Positions 10,605 through 21,185 of a DNA stretch of 64,000 nucleotides are shown here, one piece after another. The position numbers and the translations under genes were made by a program. Position 1 is the first letter of the stretch. Every line of letters begins with the position of its first letter. Source of the DNA: Candidatus Helarchaeota archaeon (GTDB lineage Archaea; Asgardarchaeota; Lokiarchaeia; Helarchaeales; RDOG01); assembly GCA_019058315.1 (NCBI GenBank), contig JAHPZH010000003.1, forward strand, positions 556,451-620,450, read 5' to 3'. Under the pieces are notes generated by a model. It made no database searches and was not told the DNA's origin. It was given only the letters and a program-made list of their open reading frames with translations.

Positions 10605-11261
10605 TTGGGAACATATAACAGACATAATCAAATAATTTATCATTTAATAGTAGGATTGTGTAGTTTTTTAATAATTTTATCAAACTTTTTACCTTGGGAT
10701 ACTTATCTAACCATGAATTCACTTTTAATTTGGTATCTAAGCGGTATTTTTATTCCAATTGTAAAAACATTTTCTCCTTTAAATTGGGTCTGGAGTGATA
10801 TTGTTCCTTTTTTATCCTTTTTTCCTCTTTTTGGTGGATTATTGCTATTAATTGGATTAATTTTTTATTTATTAGAATATAAATATGGAAAAAGGCTTAT
10901 GGCGGGAGGAGCTATTATAGCTATTTTAATTTATGCACTATATATCCTACTTTTTTGGCTCATTCCTAAGATTATGGAAGCGGCGGGAGTTGGATATTTA
11001 ATATGGTTGGAAGAATATAGAATACCAAATGAATTTGGTGCTTATTTCTGTTTAATACCCGGAATTGCAGTGATTCCATTTCTTTTCTTAATAAAACTAC
11101 CAGAAATAAAAGAAGAGGAACCAATGGCTCTAAAAACACCAAAAATTGCAGTCCCATATAAAAAGACTAAACCAATTAAGGGTAAAAAATTCTGTTCAAA
11201 TTGCGGAGCTATAATAAAAGAAGATTCTGTTTTTTGTAATCAATGCGGAACGTATTTTTAG
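10605..11261 (+). CDS. Membrane protein with C-terminal zinc ribbon
   Basis: 4-5 TM segments; FCSNCG...FCNQCG. Confidence 0.75.
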   Translation: MGTYNRHNQIIYHLIVGLCSFLIILSNFLPWDTYLTMNSLLIWYLSGIFIPIVKTFSPLNWVWSDIVPFLSFFPLFGGLLLLIGLIFYLLEYKYGKRLMAGGAIIAILIYALYILLFWLIPKIMEAAGVGYLIWLEEYRIPNEFGAYFCLIPGIAVIPFLFLIKLPEIKEEEPMALKTPKIAVPYKKTKPIKGKKFCSNCGAIIKEDSVFCNQCGTYF

Positions 11262-11264
11262 AAT

Positions 11265-12212
11265 TCAGACTAATAAATTGTCCACTGCTAATTTTGTAGC
11301 AATTCTTCCAAATGCTTTGTTTACATTAGTCCCATCTTTCGCTGAAGTTAGCATGAAATTAAACCCCAGTGAATCTCCCAGTTTCTTAGCTTCCATCATC
11401 TTTACTTGTCTATCAGGAAGATCTATTTTGTTTCCTATTAATAAACATTTGATTTTCTGCTTTTTTAGATCTCCAAGTTCTGATTCAACATCCTTTACCC
11501 AATCTGTAATATTTTCGAATGTTTCTTTCCTTGAAACGTCAAAAACAAAAAGGATTGCTTGTGTACCCCTATAATAATTTTTCCTGACTTTTCGGAAATA
11601 TTTTTGTCCCGCAACATCAAAAATACTAAATTTTATTTCTACATTTTCAAATAAATTGTAAGATTTTGTCATTATATTGACGCCTATAGTAGATATATAA
11701 TCTGAATCAAATTTATGCTCTACAAATTGACGAACAAGACTGGTCTTTCCAACTGCTCCATCCCCAATCATGATTAATTTAAATGTAAATCGGGTTGGTT
11801 CTAATTTTTCTAATTCGGGTAATTCAACAGAAATATCACGTTTTTCCAGATCTAATATTTGAGCTGCTTTTTCAGCTACGATATATGAATATGGGAGAAT
11901 ATCCGATGATTCAGCATCCTCGGAAGCCAGGGTTACGAGTACGTTCTTTCCACACTGGGTAAATAGGAATAATCCTTGCTCAGTCTCTATTTGTGCTCCA
12001 TAATGTCCTGTAACGCTGAACTCTCTCTTGATCCGCTCGGAAGCCATGCCGAATGATGCAGAGACTGCACCTACTACGTCTTCGTCCATTGATTCATCCA
12101 TTTTACTACCAATAACGAGTCCTTCGGGGTCAATAATGGCTGCCGCGATTATTTCTTTACTATGAGACACATAATTTTTTAGCAACTCAGTAATTTTTTC
12201 TGGTGTACTCAT
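11265..12212 (-). CDS. Roadblock/LC7 - Rab-like small GTPase fusion
   Basis: Roadblock motif AAAIIDPEGLVIGS; G1 GDGAVGKT, G3 DVAGQ, G4 NKID, G5 SAK. Confidence 0.9.
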   Translation of the reverse strand: MSTPEKITELLKNYVSHSKEIIAAAIIDPEGLVIGSKMDESMDEDVVGAVSASFGMASERIKREFSVTGHYGAQIETEQGLFLFTQCGKNVLVTLASEDAESSDILPYSYIVAEKAAQILDLEKRDISVELPELEKLEPTRFTFKLIMIGDGAVGKTSLVRQFVEHKFDSDYISTIGVNIMTKSYNLFENVEIKFSIFDVAGQKYFRKVRKNYYRGTQAILFVFDVSRKETFENITDWVKDVESELGDLKKQKIKCLLIGNKIDLPDRQVKMMEAKKLGDSLGFNFMLTSAKDGTNVNKAFGRIATKLAVDNLLV

Positions 12213-12369
12213 TTTTGCAAACTCTCTTTTGCTAATTTTTATTTGTAGACATAATTATAATTTTTTTATTAAAAAAATTTCTTCTTTAATCGATATATAT
12301 ATTTAACACCAGAAAATATAATATATAAATTATTTTTCAAGAACAATTGACTTTTAGAGCGAAATTAAA

Positions 12370-13326
12370 ATGGAATCATTAAAAAATTCAATATTTCCTT
12401 CCAGAACATTACCTTATTTAGATATAGCTAGAACTTATCAAATTTCTACAAGATTCCTTAAGGAAGATGGAAATTATCAAGATTGGGTTAAAATAGGACC
12501 TCAAGAAACTTATGAATTCCCCGAGCTCAAAGGCCCCGCATGTATTAGAGTATTTTGGATAACTATATCCCCTTCTATGTATAATATTATGAAAGTAATG
12601 AGTTATAAAGATTTACGCATACTTCGACAAATAGCTATAAAAATTAGATATGACGGAGAATCAAAATCGTCAGTTAAGGTTCCGATTGGAAATTTTTTTG
12701 GTACTACTTTTGGTAAATATAAACATTATTGTTCAAAATACCTTGGAACAACAAGTGGTGGGTATCACAGTTTTTTTCCAATTCCATTTAGAAAATCTTG
12801 TAAATTTTTAGTAAAAAATTATTCCACTACCGAAACTATCAAATTATTCGGCCATATTGAATACCAAAAACTAACGTTTTTTCCAGATAATGTAGGATAC
12901 TTTCATGCAAAATTTGTTCAAAAACGTCCTAAAATAGGAGAGCCATTCGAAGTATTGTCTGTTGATGGAAAAGGAATATATGTAGGAACTAGTATGGGTA
13001 TGAGAGGAAGTAATTTAAATATACCATTGTTTTTCTTAGAAGGAAATATTGATATATGTGTAGATGGAGAGAAATGTTTCCATTATACAGGAACTGAGGA
13101 TTACTTTTTAAGTGGATGGTATTTTGTTACCGGCGAATTCCACGATGAATATCATGGATGCACCATAAAAAGTTGGAAAAAAGGAGGAATTGTATCTGCT
13201 TATAGGTTTCATGAACCACCAATAAGTTTTAATAAAAATTTTAAATTATTAGCACATCATGGTGAACGTGATGAGATAAGATCTAATTATCAGAGCGTCG
13301 CTTATTTTTATTTGGAGAGAAAATAA
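12370..13326 (+). CDS. DUF2961 / glycoside hydrolase family 172 protein
   Basis: GPACIRVFWIT, VPIGNFFG, FPIPFRKSC, FLEGNI, TGTEDYFLSGWY, AYRFH, HGE, YQSVAYFY. Confidence 0.85.
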   Translation: MESLKNSIFPSRTLPYLDIARTYQISTRFLKEDGNYQDWVKIGPQETYEFPELKGPACIRVFWITISPSMYNIMKVMSYKDLRILRQIAIKIRYDGESKSSVKVPIGNFFGTTFGKYKHYCSKYLGTTSGGYHSFFPIPFRKSCKFLVKNYSTTETIKLFGHIEYQKLTFFPDNVGYFHAKFVQKRPKIGEPFEVLSVDGKGIYVGTSMGMRGSNLNIPLFFLEGNIDICVDGEKCFHYTGTEDYFLSGWYFVTGEFHDEYHGCTIKSWKKGGIVSAYRFHEPPISFNKNFKLLAHHGERDEIRSNYQSVAYFYLERK

Positions 13327-13327
13327 T

Positions 13328-14545
13328 ATGAAAAGTATATATTTAGCACTAGGATCAGAAATAGATCCTGAAAAATATTTAATTTGTAAATTCTATTTCG
13401 AATCTCAACTATCGGATGAGGAAGCTGCCGAAAGTATTGCAGCAGAAAGCTCTATAGGTACTTGGACAGACGTCCAGACCATGAAAGAAGAAATTAAAAA
13501 TAGATTAGCTGCAAAAGTATTTAAACTTGAGAAAAATATCATGCATATCGCATATCCCCTTGAAATGTTTGAAATTTCAGTTCCGCAGCTTCTAGCTGAT
13601 ATTGCTGGAAACATTTTTGGCATTAAATTTGTTGATAATCTTCGTTTATTAGAAGTAAAATTTCCTTCAAAATATATTAAGTCGTTTAAAGGTCCTCGTT
13701 TTGGTATAGAAGGAGTTCGAAAACTGCTTAAAATCAAAGAAAGACCACTTGTTGGAACGATAATCAAACCAAAAATCGGTTTATCAGCAGATGAGCATGC
13801 ACGAGTTGCATATGAAGCATGGGTTGGTGGTTGTGATTTCGTAAAAGATGATGAGAATTTAACTAATCAAGGTTTTAATCCTTTTAAAGAACGAGTAGAG
13901 AAGACTTTAAAATCTTTGGATAAAGCTGAAACTAAAACGGGTGAAAAGAAAAATTATGCACCAAATATTTCTGCTCCTTACAGTGAAATGATTGAAAGAG
14001 CCCAATTTGTTAAAGATAATGGAGGAAAATGTATTATGATAGATATACTTACTTGTGGCTTTTCTGCTCTACAAAGCATTGGAGAAGAAAATTTTGGTAT
14101 GGTGATTCATGGTCATAGGACTATGCATGGAGCGATAACGAGAAATGAGAAACACGGAATTCATATGAATGTTTTAGCTCAATTATCTCGATTTTGTGGC
14201 ATAGATCAACTTCATATTGGGACAATTGTTGGTAAAATGTCAGGCGATAAAGAAGAAGTATTGAAAAATGTAGAAGCATGCATTTATAAATGTGGACTAA
14301 AATCTGCTTTTCCTGTTTGTTCTGGCGGACTGTATGCAGGTCATATACCGCCCCTCATGGAAATTCTAGGAAAAAATATAATAATACAAGCGGGAGGAGG
14401 AGTTCATGGTCATACTAAGGGAACATCGGCAGGAGCAACATCAATGAGACAAGCGGTAGATGCAGTAATGGATGGGATTCCAATTGAAGAATTTATTAAA
14501 ACTCATGAAGAATTAAGACTAGCCCTGAAGAAATGGAAGAGGTAA
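13328..14545 (+). CDS. rbcL: Form III ribulose-1,5-bisphosphate carboxylase large subunit
   Basis: ESSIGTW, GNIFG, KPKIGL, DFVKDDE, HGHRTMH, LHIGTIVGKM, SGG and QAGGG. The active-site set appears complete. Confidence 0.93.
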   Translation: MKSIYLALGSEIDPEKYLICKFYFESQLSDEEAAESIAAESSIGTWTDVQTMKEEIKNRLAAKVFKLEKNIMHIAYPLEMFEISVPQLLADIAGNIFGIKFVDNLRLLEVKFPSKYIKSFKGPRFGIEGVRKLLKIKERPLVGTIIKPKIGLSADEHARVAYEAWVGGCDFVKDDENLTNQGFNPFKERVEKTLKSLDKAETKTGEKKNYAPNISAPYSEMIERAQFVKDNGGKCIMIDILTCGFSALQSIGEENFGMVIHGHRTMHGAITRNEKHGIHMNVLAQLSRFCGIDQLHIGTIVGKMSGDKEEVLKNVEACIYKCGLKSAFPVCSGGLYAGHIPPLMEILGKNIIIQAGGGVHGHTKGTSAGATSMRQAVDAVMDGIPIEEFIKTHEELRLALKKWKR

Positions 14546-15987
14546 AACCTTTGTTATTTGGGGGAATTGATGTTGGAACAACAGGAGTAAAGGTAATAAT
14601 ATCTGATGATCAGGGAAATGTTATTTCTTCTATTTCACACGATTTTAAATTCCCTAAAGTTACACTTCCGGATGGTTATTCAGAACAAAATCCAAAAATT
14701 TGGTGGGATGAACTAAAATCAACCTTGAAATTAACTATAAGAGATTTAGAGGGGAAATTTTTATTTGCATCTGATATTAAAGCCATTTCTGTTGACTCTA
14801 CATCCGGAACGATTATTCCTATTGGTAGAAATTTTGAACCTCTCCACAATGCTCTAATGTATAATGATTCTAGAGCTGTTAAAGAAGCTAAACAAATCAA
14901 CGAAGTTAGTCGAGATTTTTATTTAAAATTTAAACCTTCTTTCGCTCTTTCTAAAATCCTCTGGTTTAGGGAAAATAAACCTAAAATATATTTAAACACT
15001 TATAAGTTTGTCCATGCAGCAGATTATCTAGTCGGTATGTTAACAGATAATTTTACAATTTCTGATAGTTCTAATAGTCTGAAGACGGGTTATGACATAA
15101 TTCAAAAACGATGGCCGCCTTTTCTTGAAGATTTAGAAATAGAAGTGGATAGATTACCAGAAATAGTCCAACCTGGTCAAAAAATTGGAGAGATTTCAAA
15201 GAAATGCGCAGAAGAAACAGGATTATCGACTGCAACGACTGTTGTTGCTGGAGTTACAGATAGTACAGCTGGTGTTATTGCATCAGGTGCAGTGAATCCA
15301 GGAGATATTTTTAATGTAATAGGAACAACTTTGGTGGAACGAGCAGTTACTAAGAAGTTAGTAATTGATAAGAAAGGTCGAATATATTGTCATCAATTAC
15401 CAACTGGAAATTTTCTTCCGGGTGGTGCAAGTAATGTAGGGGGAGAAGTTCTAAAAAAATATTTTCCAAATGATAATTTGAAAGTGATGGATAGGAAATC
15501 AACTGAATATAAGCCATCCAATTTAATTATATATCCTTTAGCTAGAAAAGGAGAACGATTACCTTTCATAAATCCGGCAGCAGAAAGTTTTGTTGTTGGA
15601 CAACCAAAGGATAAATATCACCTTTTTACAGGTTGTCTGGAAGCAGTGGCATATGTGGAAAGGTGGATACTCGAAATTCTTAAAGATTTAGGTGCAAAAC
15701 TTGGAACAACGGTATATTCAGCTGGTGGGGGGGCGTATTCTAATGAATGGTGTCAAATCAGAGCAGATGTATTAAATAGAATAATCAGAAGACCTATGAT
15801 TGTTGAAGCTGCAATGGGAACTGCAATATTAGCGTCCACATATACCTTTTATAAGGATTTAGGCAAAGCAACAAAAAATATGGTTCATTATAAAGATCAT
15901 TTTGAACCTATTCCAGAAATGAAGAAAAAATATGATATAATTTATGATAAATTTAGATCCGAATGCAATAAACGTAATTATACTTAA
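14533..15987 (+). CDS. FGGY-family sugar kinase resembling the D-ribulose kinase (SePSK/AtXK1-like) subgroup
   Basis: GIDVGTTGVK, VDSTSGT, ALMYNDSRA, GVTDST, GGASNVGG, GERLPF. Overlaps rbcL by 13 nt. Confidence 0.8.
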   Translation: MEEVKPLLFGGIDVGTTGVKVIISDDQGNVISSISHDFKFPKVTLPDGYSEQNPKIWWDELKSTLKLTIRDLEGKFLFASDIKAISVDSTSGTIIPIGRNFEPLHNALMYNDSRAVKEAKQINEVSRDFYLKFKPSFALSKILWFRENKPKIYLNTYKFVHAADYLVGMLTDNFTISDSSNSLKTGYDIIQKRWPPFLEDLEIEVDRLPEIVQPGQKIGEISKKCAEETGLSTATTVVAGVTDSTAGVIASGAVNPGDIFNVIGTTLVERAVTKKLVIDKKGRIYCHQLPTGNFLPGGASNVGGEVLKKYFPNDNLKVMDRKSTEYKPSNLIIYPLARKGERLPFINPAAESFVVGQPKDKYHLFTGCLEAVAYVERWILEILKDLGAKLGTTVYSAGGGAYSNEWCQIRADVLNRIIRRPMIVEAAMGTAILASTYTFYKDLGKATKNMVHYKDHFEPIPEMKKKYDIIYDKFRSECNKRNYT

Positions 15988-16135
15988 AATAATTTATGAC
16001 ATCATTCTTTTAGAATCGCAATTTTAAGTAAATTTTAATTAATTCTCTATTTTTAAAGTCAATTTCCTCAAAGATAAGATATTTATATAATTTGTCAATC
16101 CGTAGTCTCATACTTCAATTCACATAATCCATCAT

Positions 16136-18502
16136 ATGGAGACATATAAGTTGCCCAAAAAATTAAAATTTTTAATTATTATAGGTTTAATATTGCCATT
16201 TTTTCTATTATTTTGTTCTAATGGACCAAATTTCTATAATATTCCATTTCCTATACAAACTAATACTGCACCTAGTTTAATTAGTATGAGTTTTGAAAGG
16301 GATAATTACACAGGTTCATATAATGGCAATGCTTCGCTAATGTATACCGATTGGGGATTTGATTGGTCAACTTGGGTGGTAGACAATTACAGTGAAAATT
16401 TAATTGACCCAAATATAACCATAAATAATTATGTATATGATGTAAATTATATTGATGTCTATGCTTATTGGCTTTTTAATGGCTTTAGCAGTCATATAAT
16501 TGAAGATAATTTAACAGCAGAATCAAATGTTACTAGTTCTATTTCATTCGCACAAGGGTTTACATCACCCGAATTATTATCAATTGATGAATTATCACTA
16601 TATTTAAATTATAGCTTACCAGGTAGTGAGTTATATAGGTTTGAAGTTACAATATATGATGAAAATTTACAGGATATAATTGATTATAATGAAACTTGGG
16701 ATAATAGACAAAATGTGGCTGAATGGTATACATTTGGATTTTCTAATAATATTTTAGAGGCTGGAAAGAATTATAGCATAGTCCTCACTATATGGTTTGA
16801 TTCAAGTCAAAATTATAATTCAACTAATTTTTGGAAGACTGCTAATCACAGTGTTTCAGCAGATCAAGGCATTTCAATGGTTCATGATGGAAATATTTGG
16901 ACCCAATTACCAAATGATAATGAAACAGATTTTCTTTGTCAATTTAGTTATGTACAATTAATTGATCCTGCAGAAGTGGATTTAAAATTTATTATAGAAG
17001 ATCAAGTTTGTATTCCAAACTATCGCAAAGGTTTATATTCTGTTGGATATGAAGCATTTTATTCCTATAATTTTGTTACTCCACCAGACCATACTATTAA
17101 TATTACAGCAATTGCGAATCAATCTGTTAATTTCGCTTATATAGATATTTATCCAAGATATGTACATTTGATAAATATAACAGGAACGTTCAATACTAGT
17201 GGAAACCAAATCAATTGGAACATTCAGTATCCATATAGAGATATTAGTCTAGATCAAACATTAGATTTCTTTATGTTTGAAAACGATTGGACCTTAGAGC
17301 ATTTCTATAACCCGAGTAATGGGGAATTTGAAGATTTATTTTTTGGATCTATTAAATTATGGAATGATACATATAATGGTATAATTGATATTTGGGGATT
17401 TCCTCTTGAACAAGACATATTTACGGGAATCTACCAGTCGTCTAACTATTTTAATAGATTTTCCACAAAGATGAAACTAGCAAATGGTAGTTATATAGGT
17501 GTTGCATCCTTTCAAATAGATCAGACAATTAGGCTTGAGGCCAAATTAGTAGATTCGAATAATCAACCATTATCAGGTGGAATAGGACACATCGAATTGA
17601 TTTCTCCATTAGGGACAGTGGTTTATAATGGTACTGGTTTAAATGCAAATAATGGCACCATAAACAGTTCTGACATTCTACTTTCAAATATAGGTTCAGG
17701 GGTTTATACTATTAACTTTTTTTGGACAAATGGAAGAAAAGTTGCATACTCTTCAACCCTTATTGAAATAAGAAAAGCACCCTCTCCTCCTATTTTTTTC
17801 CCCACTAGTGAAGATAACCCTGAAACGTTAATCCTAATCATAGCTCTAATAATTGCTGCAGTAGCAACCCCAGTAGCTCTAGTAGTTCGAAGACAACTTC
17901 AATTAAGAGATTGGGAAAAATCTTGTCGTTATTTATTTATTTTATCTAAAAATGGAGTAAGTATGTATAGCCATTCGTTTGGAATTGAATTTCAAGACCC
18001 TTTATTGATTTCTGGTATGATCTCTGCAATTAGCTCGTTTATAATAGAAGTTACAGGTAGCAAAAAACCCCTTAGAACTATCGATCAAGAGGATAAGAAA
18101 ATTCTATTATCTCATGGACAATATACAATTTCTGCACTAGTTGCAGACAAGTCTCTTTCTGTAATGTATAAACATTTAGAAACCTTCCATGTAGAATTTG
18201 AAAAGACATATAGATCTTTAATTAAGGATTGGAATGGCGATACCACTATTTTCAAAGGTACCGAAAAAATTATTGACAAATACTTCCCTATGGATATGGA
18301 AGAAAAGATAATACGTGGTGTGAAAAGGAAACTCATTGAGTTCACGGAAAGAGTTACTACTATCACTGATCCACTGGACGTAATCTCGATCTTCCGTGAA
18401 ATAACTGAATTTAGTTCGAAATATCAAGTAATCATTAATAAACATTATTTAAAACAGTATGGTGAATTGCTAAAAATCGCCGAGGAAAAAATACAAAGTT
18501 AA
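16136..18502 (+). CDS. Receptor-like membrane protein: large extracellular region, TM segment, cytoplasmic longin-like domain
   Basis: N-terminal hydrophobic segment, many N-x-S/T sequons, TM LILIIALIIAAVATPVALVV, then YLFILSKNGVSMYS...DPLLISGMISAISSF. Confidence 0.75.
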   Translation: METYKLPKKLKFLIIIGLILPFFLLFCSNGPNFYNIPFPIQTNTAPSLISMSFERDNYTGSYNGNASLMYTDWGFDWSTWVVDNYSENLIDPNITINNYVYDVNYIDVYAYWLFNGFSSHIIEDNLTAESNVTSSISFAQGFTSPELLSIDELSLYLNYSLPGSELYRFEVTIYDENLQDIIDYNETWDNRQNVAEWYTFGFSNNILEAGKNYSIVLTIWFDSSQNYNSTNFWKTANHSVSADQGISMVHDGNIWTQLPNDNETDFLCQFSYVQLIDPAEVDLKFIIEDQVCIPNYRKGLYSVGYEAFYSYNFVTPPDHTINITAIANQSVNFAYIDIYPRYVHLINITGTFNTSGNQINWNIQYPYRDISLDQTLDFFMFENDWTLEHFYNPSNGEFEDLFFGSIKLWNDTYNGIIDIWGFPLEQDIFTGIYQSSNYFNRFSTKMKLANGSYIGVASFQIDQTIRLEAKLVDSNNQPLSGGIGHIELISPLGTVVYNGTGLNANNGTINSSDILLSNIGSGVYTINFFWTNGRKVAYSSTLIEIRKAPSPPIFFPTSEDNPETLILIIALIIAAVATPVALVVRRQLQLRDWEKSCRYLFILSKNGVSMYSHSFGIEFQDPLLISGMISAISSFIIEVTGSKKPLRTIDQEDKKILLSHGQYTISALVADKSLSVMYKHLETFHVEFEKTYRSLIKDWNGDTTIFKGTEKIIDKYFPMDMEEKIIRGVKRKLIEFTERVTTITDPLDVISIFREITEFSSKYQVIINKHYLKQYGELLKIAEEKIQS

Positions 18503-18675
18503 AAAGACTTAAATTTTATTTTTTTTCCTTTTTTCTCCATTTTAACTTATTTTTTTGAATATATTATATCTCAATTATATTCGTATTTTTGTAGGACGGC
18601 AATACTTATATTGTTAGTCTACATAATTATATCAGTATAAAAAAAATATGTAATTTGTATTTGTAAATTATTTAA

Positions 18676-19785
18676 GTGATATTTTTGAGTGTTAAGGAAG
18701 AGAAGCTCGGGGACCTACAAGTGGTGGAACCTATAAGTGAGAGAGGTTCTTTAGTTGAGGAGAAATTGTCGATAGATTCATCGAGAGTCAATTCATTAGA
18801 CACCATGCGGGGGTACTGCGTCTTAATGATGATTGCTTGGCATTATTATTTCTTCCTTAAAGTCGATTACCTAGAAACGAATTTTTTTATTTTTTGGATA
18901 ATGAATATTATTGTTTTACCTGGCAATCCAATGTTTGTAATCGTGATGGGCGCATCGTTAGTTTTATCCTTAGAGAGACGTAAACAAAAAGGTTATAACT
19001 CGCGAGATAATATTATTCATTTGATAAAGAGAGCAATACTTTTTTTTGTTGTTCATCATGTAATGGTTATTTCCTACCTTTTATATTTTGGGCCAGTGGT
19101 TTTTCAAGTTCGCGGATTATATCCAGGTTGGATTCCTGCTCTTGGAATTAATGCCATAATTTGTTTTTTCTTAATGTATTTACGAAAGATATATCGCTTT
19201 TTTGTTATAGTAGGGATAAACATTTCATCAATTATTAATCTAATACCATATATTGGTCTTGACTTCAATAGTCTATTTTATATGATATTCGGTACCATTT
19301 TAGGTGAGCTCATAGTGGAGGCTAGAAAAAAAGGTAATGTTTCTGCTTTTCAAAAAAGGATATTCATATTAGGGATAATTCTTTTTATATTGGGAATTCC
19401 ATGTGAATTATATATCAATAGCATATATGATCTATCTTTTCCCAATACTGATGTTTTGAATAAACCTTTTTTTGCAGTCTATTCAATAGGTATTTTCATA
19501 TTAACATTTGCAGTCTTATTTCGGATACAAGATTATAATAAAAATAAAAAGCGAATTTCACATCATTTAACACTTTTTAGTTCCTTGTCTCTAACTATAT
19601 TTTATTTTCATTATGCATTAGGAACAAACTTTTTTATGCCTTTCGGCTTTGGTAACTTTTTTTCTCTTTATTCATATGTATTATTTTTAATAGCTTTTTA
19701 TATAACCCTTTATTTAATCAGTGTACTCTGGTCCAGATCTAAAAATAAATATAGTTTAGAATGGTTTATTCGTAAATTTAGTTGA
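18676..19785 (+). CDS. DUF1624 / HGSNAT-like membrane acyltransferase
   Basis: RVNSLDTMRGYCVLMMIAWH, PMFVIVMGASL, SLTIFYFH, YSLEWFIRK. Confidence 0.75.
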   Translation: MIFLSVKEEKLGDLQVVEPISERGSLVEEKLSIDSSRVNSLDTMRGYCVLMMIAWHYYFFLKVDYLETNFFIFWIMNIIVLPGNPMFVIVMGASLVLSLERRKQKGYNSRDNIIHLIKRAILFFVVHHVMVISYLLYFGPVVFQVRGLYPGWIPALGINAIICFFLMYLRKIYRFFVIVGINISSIINLIPYIGLDFNSLFYMIFGTILGELIVEARKKGNVSAFQKRIFILGIILFILGIPCELYINSIYDLSFPNTDVLNKPFFAVYSIGIFILTFAVLFRIQDYNKNKKRISHHLTLFSSLSLTIFYFHYALGTNFFMPFGFGNFFSLYSYVLFLIAFYITLYLISVLWSRSKNKYSLEWFIRKFS

Positions 19786-19873
19786 ATTCTCTGATTTCTA
19801 AAAAATAATTTTTAAATAGAATTATAATCTGATATTTAACAAGATTTAATTGAATTTAAGAGTCGAACTTTAA

Positions 19874-20176
19874 ATGCCCACAAAAGATGAACTTAAACTC
19901 CAAAAAGAACGGATTAGATTAACTCAACAAGCAAAGAAAGTCTTTAATGTTCAAAAGGAAATCGAAAAATTAGAACATAGAATATTAAAATATCAAAACA
20001 AATTAGAAAAAGAGCAAAGGAAGGCACAAGACATCAAAGATAATATCTATATCTTGGAAGAAAAAATAAAATTACAACAAGATAGGATACTTACATCTGT
20101 TGAAGCTGAATCTATCCCGAAAAAGAGATTAAAAGGAAAAAAAGTTAAAAGGCTGCCTGCTCCAAAGGATGATTAA
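19874..20176 (+). CDS. Small coiled-coil protein
   Basis: 100 aa, K/E/Q-rich with heptad pattern. Confidence 0.65.
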   Translation: MPTKDELKLQKERIRLTQQAKKVFNVQKEIEKLEHRILKYQNKLEKEQRKAQDIKDNIYILEEKIKLQQDRILTSVEAESIPKKRLKGKKVKRLPAPKDD

Positions 20177-20181
20177 ATTAT

Positions 20182-20595
20182 TTATTTAGGTTCTTGTCTT
20201 ATTTTTCTATCATATTCATAATTCCAATCTAAATACAAAACCATATCAATTATTTTTGTAAAATCTTTAAAAACATCAATTTCTGTTAAATGGATTTTAT
20301 TTTCATACATTTTTACAAATGTACGTTGCAATGCTTTTACTTTTCTTCGAATTTCCACTTCATCGTCTTCTGTATCAATTGCAATTGCTACTACAATTTC
20401 GTCTCCTACAAAATAAAGGATTTTGATATCACCCATAACAATTGAATCTATATGTCTTTGAGTAAGCTTTTTCGAAAATGATTCAATTGCTGAAACAAAA
20501 CCAGCAAATAAAGTCTTATCTACATGGATACTACTGTAATTACGATCTAACAAACATATACCATCAATATTTAAAATCCAAACATTATGAATCAT
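20182..20595 (-). CDS. Stand-alone longin domain protein
   Basis: IHNVWILNIDGICLLDRNY...DKTLFAGFVSAIESFSKKL. Confidence 0.8.
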   Translation of the reverse strand: MIHNVWILNIDGICLLDRNYSSIHVDKTLFAGFVSAIESFSKKLTQRHIDSIVMGDIKILYFVGDEIVVAIAIDTEDDEVEIRRKVKALQRTFVKMYENKIHLTEIDVFKDFTKIIDMVLYLDWNYEYDRKIRQEPK

Positions 20596-20604
20596 GTTTT
20601 TTCC

Positions 20605-21180
20605 TCATTCTCCTGGAGTAAATTTATTTAATTTATCTTGTAAAATTATTGCTTTATTTTTAATAATGTCAAATGCCGAGCGGGTGAACATTGTTTCTAC
20701 GACCTCACCTGTCTTGGCAGATGTCTCAAAATAATGGACCTTATGTTGCTTTGCTAATTCTATGATTTCATCAGTTTCTACTGCCCTCATTTCAAATGCA
20801 TCCAAATCAATTTTATTCCCTACAATAACAAATGGGATTTTTGCCCCGACATATTCTTTAATATCATCAATCCACTCGTTCAAATCTGTAAAAGTGTTTT
20901 TTCTAGTTACATCGCAAACCATGATTGCCCCATCAGATCCCATGAGATATGTTGAGCGGATATCTCTCCATTTACTCTGACCACCTATGTCCCAAATGAG
21001 TAATTTAATTTCTAGATTCATTTTTGGAAAATTAATTTCTTTAATTAAAAAATCAGCACCAATAGTTCCCACATAATTGTCTTTAAAATAATCCTTCACA
21101 TACCTTAAAACTAAAGATGTTTTTCCGACTCCAGGTGATCCCAGTAAACAAACTTTGAAGGCTAATCTCATAGATCGCAC
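20605..21180 (-). CDS. Rab-like small GTPase
   Basis: GSPGVGKT, TIGADF, WDIGGQ, NKID, ETSAK; no C-terminal Cys. Confidence 0.92.
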   Translation of the reverse strand: MRSMRLAFKVCLLGSPGVGKTSLVLRYVKDYFKDNYVGTIGADFLIKEINFPKMNLEIKLLIWDIGGQSKWRDIRSTYLMGSDGAIMVCDVTRKNTFTDLNEWIDDIKEYVGAKIPFVIVGNKIDLDAFEMRAVETDEIIELAKQHKVHYFETSAKTGEVVETMFTRSAFDIIKNKAIILQDKLNKFTPGE

Positions 21181-21185
21181 AGTTC

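Noticed and set aside
13328-14545. Form IV RuBisCO-like protein, suggested by the sugar kinase neighbour
   Set aside because: KPK, KDDE, HR, the H-x6-K loop-6 lysine, SGG and GGG residues are all present, as in true form III enzymes.
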